A stretch of DNA of 64,000 bases from an uncultured Planctomycetales bacterium (GTDB lineage: Bacteria > Omnitrophota > Gorgyraeia > Zapsychrales > JAHFFX01), in contig CAYXGG010000002.1 in the NCBI GenBank assembly GCA_964464475.1, positions 93,455 to 157,454 of the forward strand, written 5' to 3'. Positions 57,818 through 64,000 of the stretch are shown here, piece by piece. The translations under genes were made by a program, and so were the position numbers. The notes below the pieces were generated by a model that saw only the letters and a program-made list of their open reading frames with translations, had not been told where the DNA came from and did no database searches. Within the stretch, counting starts at the first letter, position 1. Every line of letters starts with the position of its first letter.

Positions 57818-58804
57818 TTAGGTCACCGGACAACTATTGAGCTGTTTGCCCATCAATTTCTCAAAATGTGGTTTTAATGTGCTTAATATAAAATCATGCG
57901 CCGGATAACATTCTTTTAAAGTCGGCAGCGCGCACATTCCTTTAAACAAAATATCCGTCGCGATTTCCCGTGTTGTACGACTCACCACCCAATTCCCGTC
58001 GATAGGAATCTGCTGCCATTTCCAGCCGGCCTCTTCCAAACTCTGATAGGCATTTTCGTGGATATGATCAACCATAAAACGTCCGCGTGGAGTGATAACG
58101 TTCATGATGTCCGGTGTTTTGTGCGCGCCCGAAAAAGACATCAACAGATGACTACCCTTTTCGGTATAGCCGGTAATAATCCCGCTTAAATCAAACAAAT
58201 CTTTCCCGCGCTTCGAGGGATGCAGCGCCGGTTCAATCTGAGCGCGGGCGAGTTTGATTTCGGAACTGCCATCAAAATGCAAAAACAAATCCGCCACGTG
58301 CACGCCATACGTCGCGAGGCCATGGTTACCGCCCACGTCGCTTAAAATGACCGGGTCCTCCGGACGAATCAGCCGTTTAATATATTGATCCACCGAAAAA
58401 GTCCGTGTCTGACAGTTGACCCAAGCTCGAATACCGTGCTGTTCACTAAATCGTACCAAATCCTGATATTCTCCCAGAGAGGGCGTCACAATTTTCTCAA
58501 TCATAAAAATCCGATAGCAGAGATCCTGAGCAATTTTCTTAAATAAAGGACCGCGTCCTTGCGCCTGAGTGGCCATGAGACACAAATCTCCCCCCACCGG
58601 AATTTTACTCATATCATCAAACCAACTCAGACGAATATTCGGATTAGCGTCGGCGACTTCCCGGACCCGAAATTGCCCCAGCTCAAGAGAAGCGGGATTG
58701 GGATCTAACACAAAAATTTCCGCGACGTCTTTGAGAGCGACCAAAGCCTGCAAATGCCGGCTCCCCAACTGACCGCACCCCACTAATAAAATACGCTTTG
58801 ACAT
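57818..58804 (-). CDS. Gfo/Idh/MocA-like oxidoreductase
   Basis: VGCGQLGSRHLQ, IEK, WVNC, GLA..GVH..D, C.LPT. Start moved to ATG 58804. Confidence 0.8.
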   Translation of the reverse strand: MSKRILLVGCGQLGSRHLQALVALKDVAEIFVLDPNPASLELGQFRVREVADANPNIRLSWFDDMSKIPVGGDLCLMATQAQGRGPLFKKIAQDLCYRIFMIEKIVTPSLGEYQDLVRFSEQHGIRAWVNCQTRTFSVDQYIKRLIRPEDPVILSDVGGNHGLATYGVHVADLFLHFDGSSEIKLARAQIEPALHPSKRGKDLFDLSGIITGYTEKGSHLLMSFSGAHKTPDIMNVITPRGRFMVDHIHENAYQSLEEAGWKWQQIPIDGNWVVSRTTREIATDILFKGMCALPTLKECYPAHDFILSTLKPHFEKLMGKQLNSCPVT

Positions 58805-58814
58805 GTTGACCCCT

Positions 58815-59612
58815 TCATCGTTGTGTAACAAAAGTTGCGACGAGCTTGGAACTATCCCTTTGCTGCAATTGTTCAACCAACGCTCTGGGCGCAGGAAGCC
58901 GATGCAAATATTCCTGAACCACCGCGTCGGTAAAATCCTTTTTGCGCGTGTAACGCAGCTGACGTGTTTTATCCTGCGCTACCGGCGTCAGTCGTGATAA
59001 TTCACCGCTAACCCATTTGCTAATAAGTCCCTGCTGAGCACTGCGCACAGCCAGCATCCCTAAGTCAAAAGGATTCTCTGCAATCGGCGGCAACGCGTGA
59101 AACAAAATCGGTCCCGAATCCAAACCTTTAGTCAGGCGATGGATTGTGGCGCCGACATAATCAAATCTGCGATCAAAGCCAGCCCAAAAATTACAAGAAT
59201 TTCCTCGGTAAAAAGGCGACACGCCCATATGCAGGTTCACTGCCTGGCGCTCTACCAAGAAATCAGCCAGCGGACCTTGAATAAAACTCGCACCAAAGAC
59301 TACATAGCCATCGGCCTTCAGCGCCGGCTCCAAATCCTCCATTGCAACCCGACTCAAATCACCCGAACGCAGCACTAACGAGCGTACCGCTTCGGGCAAA
59401 AATCGCGGTCGACCGAAAATCTTCTCTTCCGCCGCCATGACTTTAGTAAAATATTCACGCATGACCGGCGAGTCCGGATAAAAGTCCGCCATTTTTCCGG
59501 GAAAAATAGTCGTTGATTCAATCACTGCAAAAACCGAAATTGAATGTTGCATCAATAACTCAATGAACGCTAGGTGCCGCGGTTGATTTGACGTAAAAAC
59601 AGTAACGTTCAC
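58815..59612 (-). CDS. Formyltransferase-family protein (N10-formyl-THF type)
   Basis: VNLHMG.SP.YRG, GATIH, GLDSG: the Asn/His/Asp catalytic set of PurN/Fmt-like enzymes. Confidence 0.75.
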   Translation of the reverse strand: MNVTVFTSNQPRHLAFIELLMQHSISVFAVIESTTIFPGKMADFYPDSPVMREYFTKVMAAEEKIFGRPRFLPEAVRSLVLRSGDLSRVAMEDLEPALKADGYVVFGASFIQGPLADFLVERQAVNLHMGVSPFYRGNSCNFWAGFDRRFDYVGATIHRLTKGLDSGPILFHALPPIAENPFDLGMLAVRSAQQGLISKWVSGELSRLTPVAQDKTRQLRYTRKKDFTDAVVQEYLHRLPAPRALVEQLQQRDSSKLVATFVTQR

Positions 59613-60619
59613 TATTTAATCTCTTTAATCAAATACGCGTGATCTAATCTTGGAAACTCTAACGCGGAATGTTTGACTTTCGCCATATTGGAACAAAAAC
59701 CTACCTGTATCCCCATCTTTTTTAAAATATCCAATGTTTGTTCATTGTAAGAATTACACGGATGCGACATGACCACGATGTCATCCTCAATCAACTGCTG
59801 AAGAATCCGATGGTTTTGATTATATTCCGCTTCCTGGGTGATACGGCTTAGCTCGCCCATGTTGTAGGGATGCGAATGGCTATGCAAACCAATTAAATGG
59901 CCGTGCTTCTTTAAATCTCTTAGGCAGGCCCCGTCCATCCAAAGAATATCCGCCACCGCCTCTTCATCAAACCCATGATCTGCCATCATCGCGTCCATCA
60001 GGCGACAATAATTATCTTTCCCCAAAATCCGATCTCGCACGTAGCGAAAACGTTTATCAGATCGGGAGTAAAACGTGAAATCTTTCAGGTACGCTTCCGG
60101 GTCAAACTGCTTCAGCCCGCGCGTACACGCTTCCTTAAACGTCGAATGCGCAACGGCCTGATCAAAAGCCTGATAAAATTCTTCAATGTCCGCAAATTCT
60201 TTAGTACGAAAATAACGATACATTTCTATTTTCTCAAAATTATGTACTAATGGTGCCGTATAAATGAGCCAAAAAGCTTTGATGCCCAATTTCTCCAGAA
60301 CAGGAAAAGCGACGTCATACTGACAACGTAAAGAATCATCAAAGGTCAAACAAACATCCTTGGGCGATAACGCATGCTGGCAAGCCCGCTTGAGCCATTC
60401 CTCGGCGGAAAGCACATTATGCGTTTTTTGATAAAACTTTATCATTGCCGTTAATTCAGCGGCATTGATAGAACCCTGAGAAACGATATGTTTATGGGCA
60501 TCATGAAAGTGGTGAAACATCAACCCATGCGCCATCAAGGGACGATGATCCGTTCGTTTGATCATGGTAGGCTCCGGCAAAACCAAGGTCCGCTGCGAAA
60601 AATCAGGCAATTTAGACAT
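59612..60619 (-). CDS. Polysaccharide deacetylase family protein (CE4/NodB-like)
   Basis: LTFDD, GLHSHSH, SHP, PR.D. Start moved to ATG 60619. Confidence 0.82.
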   Translation of the reverse strand: MSKLPDFSQRTLVLPEPTMIKRTDHRPLMAHGLMFHHFHDAHKHIVSQGSINAAELTAMIKFYQKTHNVLSAEEWLKRACQHALSPKDVCLTFDDSLRCQYDVAFPVLEKLGIKAFWLIYTAPLVHNFEKIEMYRYFRTKEFADIEEFYQAFDQAVAHSTFKEACTRGLKQFDPEAYLKDFTFYSRSDKRFRYVRDRILGKDNYCRLMDAMMADHGFDEEAVADILWMDGACLRDLKKHGHLIGLHSHSHPYNMGELSRITQEAEYNQNHRILQQLIEDDIVVMSHPCNSYNEQTLDILKKMGIQVGFCSNMAKVKHSALEFPRLDHAYLIKEIK

Positions 60620-61586
60620 TATATTTTTCCGTTTTATAAAGATGGGTTTGTTGTCGAACAAATTGGATGGTTGCTTTTAACCCCTGACTCAAATCGGTGG
60701 CTGGTTTCCAGTTAGTGTGCGAAAGCGCACGCGTGTTGTCGCACAACAAACGTTCCACTTCGCTGTTGGAGGGACGAATACGTTCGCGCGAAGATGCGAT
60801 GGTAATCTTCGCTTTCATCAACGCGGCAATTTTTAACGCCAGTTCACCGATAGCGATCTCCTGACCGCTTCCTAAATTCGTGGCTTGCCCCTCTAAACCT
60901 TTGGCCTGCGCGACCGCTAAAATACCTGCCGCGGTGTCCGTGACAAAAGTTAAATCCCTGGTTGGCGTCACATTACCTAGCGTGATCTTGCGTTTACCCG
61001 ACGCAATTTGGGAGATGATTGTCGGAATGATAGCCCGTGCTGACTGCCGGGGGCCATAGGTATTAAAGGGACGCACGATTTTGACAGGTAATCCGAATGA
61101 CCGATAAAAACTGATCCCTAACTGATCTGCGGCAATCTTGGACGCGGCATAAGGAGACTGTCCCACGGACGGATGTTCTTCGTTAATAGGCACGTACTGC
61201 GCAGTGCCATAGGTTTCGCTGGTCGAAGTCAATACAATGGTTTTTAACGACTGCTCCCGCGCAGACTGAAGCACGTTATAAGTGCCTTCAATGTTAGTTT
61301 TGATGTACGCGAGCGGGGAAAGATAAGAATATGGAATTCCAATTAACGCCGCTAAGTGCAACACGGCATCACAGCCTTGAGTCGCGGCAAATACCGAATC
61401 AAAATCACGAATGTCTCCGGCGATGACTTCGATTTTACTTCTAGCTGGCGATTGCTCAAGCCAGCCCCAGGAGCCGCCGGAATTATAATGTGTGAACGCG
61501 CGCACCCTGAGCCCTCGGGCAACGCACAACTCCACCAAATGCGACCCGATAAATCCTCCTGCGCCGGTGATCAACACTTTCTTCAT
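60612..61586 (-). CDS. legB: NDP-GlcNAc 4,6-dehydratase (LegB family)
   Basis: TGAGGFIGSHL, YNS....GWL, HLAALIGIPYSY, TSTSETYG, QSPYAASK, RPFNTYGPRQSARA, SEVERL. Confidence 0.88.
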   Translation of the reverse strand: MKKVLITGAGGFIGSHLVELCVARGLRVRAFTHYNSGGSWGWLEQSPARSKIEVIAGDIRDFDSVFAATQGCDAVLHLAALIGIPYSYLSPLAYIKTNIEGTYNVLQSAREQSLKTIVLTSTSETYGTAQYVPINEEHPSVGQSPYAASKIAADQLGISFYRSFGLPVKIVRPFNTYGPRQSARAIIPTIISQIASGKRKITLGNVTPTRDLTFVTDTAAGILAVAQAKGLEGQATNLGSGQEIAIGELALKIAALMKAKITIASSRERIRPSNSEVERLLCDNTRALSHTNWKPATDLSQGLKATIQFVRQQTHLYKTEKYNV

Positions 61587-62398
61587 ATCAGTCCCCTCTT
61601 CCAAGACTTATCACTGTACACATTCAAATTTTTCTTAACCGACTTCAAGGTATCTTCCCGTTCAATCAACAAACCCGCGCAAAGCTGATGTCCGGCCTCT
61701 GTCAGATGATGACCATCGGTCTCATCAATATAAGTTTCCAACGGCTCTGGAGCATCTTTAATGTGCTGATAAAGATCAATCACGAGCACATTCTTTACTT
61801 CCTGATCCTTGTGCGCGGTTTTTAGAATTTGGTTAAACAGTTCAATACTCGCGGTAAATCCCGGAGAGTGCTGCTCTACTTTATCTAAGGTGGGGATAAT
61901 CGTCAGCACATAAATTCGCGTGAAGTCTTGACTCGCTTGCTTGATCCATTGTGCATATATGTTCCGAAACTTCTTTGGGGAGGTGACTCGAAAACGAAAC
62001 CCCGCTTTAATAAGAAAGGGGCGATTATGATGCAAAAACCGCACTATCGGCTGGCGTATGCTTAAGGGCAGTTTAGCGAGTATATTATTTTTAAACCACG
62101 TGGGCACCGGCCGAGGTGGTGCGTCAACAACGCCGACCTCCAAAATCATCACCCGATCCGCCTGGCGGTCAAAATAGTCTCGGTCTTTTTGATAAACGTT
62201 ATGCAACCCTTCAATATCAATGGCCCCCTGGGAACGATTATATAAATAGACTTTCTTTTCCGGATAGGTCGCTTCCATCCAAGTGCGATACAACTCTGGA
62301 TAAATTTTGGCGACCCCGATACCCCGCTCAATACGCGGCAAGCTTACCGAGTCACCATATACTTGAATTATGATTTGCTCGTGATCAGTGGGGAACAT
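61583..62398 (-). CDS. SGNH/GDSL hydrolase family protein
   Basis: YGDS (block I), GVVD (block III-like), DGHH (block V). Confidence 0.75.
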   Translation of the reverse strand: MFPTDHEQIIIQVYGDSVSLPRIERGIGVAKIYPELYRTWMEATYPEKKVYLYNRSQGAIDIEGLHNVYQKDRDYFDRQADRVMILEVGVVDAPPRPVPTWFKNNILAKLPLSIRQPIVRFLHHNRPFLIKAGFRFRVTSPKKFRNIYAQWIKQASQDFTRIYVLTIIPTLDKVEQHSPGFTASIELFNQILKTAHKDQEVKNVLVIDLYQHIKDAPEPLETYIDETDGHHLTEAGHQLCAGLLIEREDTLKSVKKNLNVYSDKSWKRGLI

Positions 62399-63488
62399 AG
62401 GTTTTGATTTTTAGTTTCTTTTCTTCCGAAACGTTTTTGGTCACCGCTTCATAGACCGGCGCAAAATGAGTGTAATACACTGAGTTTTTATTGAGTAATG
62501 ACGCCAGCGAGGTCGGGGCCTGAGATACGACCGTCGAACGGACTGCTCGCCAGGCCGGCAATAACAGCTGGCGCGCGCCGGGAAAAGACTGTAGCGCGCG
62601 CCGGGCTTTCGTTTTGGGCTTCACTAACCCTAGTCCATGTAAATTCTGCAACTGGTGGTTCATCTCTTTACTCAGATGAAACCAAAAATATATTTTAACT
62701 ACCTGCCGGGCATCTTCCGCCGATAACCCATCCACGCGTTGCAATGCAGCCACCAAACTATCGGTAAATTGCTCTTGATCCGGATGCCACTCACGGCTGG
62801 TGACCCAGTCATAAATATCTTTTAAAATATTACGGCGATCATGCCCTTGACGAATGAGATACAGCGTTGTCAAATGCTTGATCTTCCCATAGCAAGCGGA
62901 CAGACAGCAGGGTAACAATTCCGCAGCGAACGCGGTGTCCCGCATGGCCTCCACAGGTCGCCACATCGACTTCCAGGCCTCGGTGCGATGCACGCTAAAC
63001 AACGCCACAAAATAATCGCTTAAAATATTTTTGAGCCGATCAGCGCCGGTGTCCCATTCCAATCCCTGCATTTTATAATGACCAATCTCTTTAAATTCTC
63101 CCGAACAGCCGCTTTGTTTCAGAAAGAAAATGATGGCCTGACCATTGGCGGCAGTATATTCCTTATTAACCTCCAAAAAGCTGATCGCCTGCTCAATCCC
63201 CTGAGTCGTAATAAAATCATCGTCTGGAACCAAAGTTGCATACGGCGTCTCCACCTCTTTATTTAACGTGAACACGGTGTGCGCGATGGATTGGCCCGGA
63301 AGATGCCGATAACGAATTCTTAATTTGCTGTCAAATTGTTTGACCACTTCACGCATCTTGCTGGCGCGGGCTTCATCGCTGGCATCACCGATCAATATGT
63401 CATGGCGATAGCCGGTAGCCGCGTAATAGTCCAACAAACGTTGCAAAAAATCAGAACGATTTAACGTTGGAATCAATAGCGTAATCAT
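62385..63488 (-). CDS. Glycosyltransferase, GT2-like (TIGR00180-like)
   Basis: IPTLNR, IGDAS, PDDDF. Confidence 0.75.
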   Translation of the reverse strand: MITLLIPTLNRSDFLQRLLDYYAATGYRHDILIGDASDEARASKMREVVKQFDSKLRIRYRHLPGQSIAHTVFTLNKEVETPYATLVPDDDFITTQGIEQAISFLEVNKEYTAANGQAIIFFLKQSGCSGEFKEIGHYKMQGLEWDTGADRLKNILSDYFVALFSVHRTEAWKSMWRPVEAMRDTAFAAELLPCCLSACYGKIKHLTTLYLIRQGHDRRNILKDIYDWVTSREWHPDQEQFTDSLVAALQRVDGLSAEDARQVVKIYFWFHLSKEMNHQLQNLHGLGLVKPKTKARRALQSFPGARQLLLPAWRAVRSTVVSQAPTSLASLLNKNSVYYTHFAPVYEAVTKNVSEEKKLKIKTYVPH

Positions 63489-64000
63489 CGCGCTACTCCC
63501 GCCGAGCTCTCTGCCACCGGATCAAGGTTTTGCATTTGGACCAACTTTTTATAATGTCCTCCTAAAGCCAGTAGTTGGGCCGGCGCTCCCTGCTCTACAA
63601 TCCGTCCCTGATCCATCACAATTAATAAATCTGAATCCATCACGGTTGACAATCGGTGCGCGATAGTGATAACCGTTTTCCCGGCGCCGACTTCTTTCAG
63701 GGCCAATTGCACAATTTCTTCTGATTCCGAGTCTAACGCCGAGGTGGCCTCATCCAGCAACAAGATGGGTGGATCCCCCAGAATGGCTCTAGCCAGAGCA
63801 ATCCGCTGCCGTTGACCGCCGGAGAGCTTTAATCCCCGTTCACCGATTAGCGTCTCATACCCTTGCGGCAACTGCGTGATAAAATCGTGCGCGTGCGCAC
63901 GACGACTCGCGCGCTCAATGACCTCCTGAGTGACTTCTGGCTTTGCAAACGCAATGTTTGCCCGAATGGAATCATTAAAAAGAAAAATGTCCTGAGTCAC
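63485..64000 (-). CDS. ABC exporter ATP-binding domain (MsbA/PglK-like), 5' part outside the window
   Basis: GYET.IGERG..LSGGQRQR, LLLDEATSALD, IAHRLS. Confidence 0.88.
   Translation of the reverse strand: MTQDIFLFNDSIRANIAFAKPEVTQEVIERASRRAHAHDFITQLPQGYETLIGERGLKLSGGQRQRIALARAILGDPPILLLDEATSALDSESEEIVQLALKEVGAGKTVITIAHRLSTVMDSDLLIVMDQGRIVEQGAPAQLLALGGHYKKLVQMQNLDPVAESSAGVAR

Noticed and set aside
1-64000. CRISPR arrays, tRNA/rRNA, integron attC sites, transposases, defence systems
   Set aside because: None were recognised by eye; intergenic gaps are short and lack these signatures. A covariance or HMM scan would be needed to exclude them fully.

Overview
Bacterial chromosomal window in which every convincing gene but one (an SRPBCC gene) lies on the minus strand. 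Positions 1-8.9 kb hold a housekeeping block: pgk-tpiA-secG-oppA-oppB-[TPR gene]-oppC-oppD-oppF, behind a consensus sigma70 promoter. Positions ~9-64 kb hold one very large surface-glycan locus that runs off the right edge. In transcription order it contains: (i) an MsbA/PglK-like ABC exporter; (ii) a GDP-type legionaminic-acid pathway with many tailoring genes (three Gfo/Idh/MocA oxidoreductases, a PtmA-like SDR, a deacetylase, a formyltransferase, a WbuXYZ-type amidotransferase trio); (iii) a polyprenol-P-sugar/GT-C module with a nitroreductase fusion; (iv) two orphan GT-B-like proteins; (v) a separately promoted ~12-kb operon (transaldolase, GmhA-like isomerase, HpcH pyruvate aldolase, HAD-methyltransferase fusion, two SDRs, divergent KdsB, 2-hydroxyacid dehydrogenase, methyltransferases, GT2); (vi) rmlBA, GT4, GT26 and a priming transferase; (vii) four O-antigen-ligase-like genes. 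Operon (v) is the best candidate for an undescribed system: it looks like a route to a second, unusual CMP-activated ulosonic acid, and it is preceded by a highly structured ~160-nt leader. Several intergenic gaps carry 7-nt-periodic hairpins and shared stem motifs. No rRNA, tRNA, CRISPR array or transposase was seen. All family calls come from motif recognition by eye, not database searches. The gene order loosely suggests an uncultured lineage such as Omnitrophota (unverified inference).
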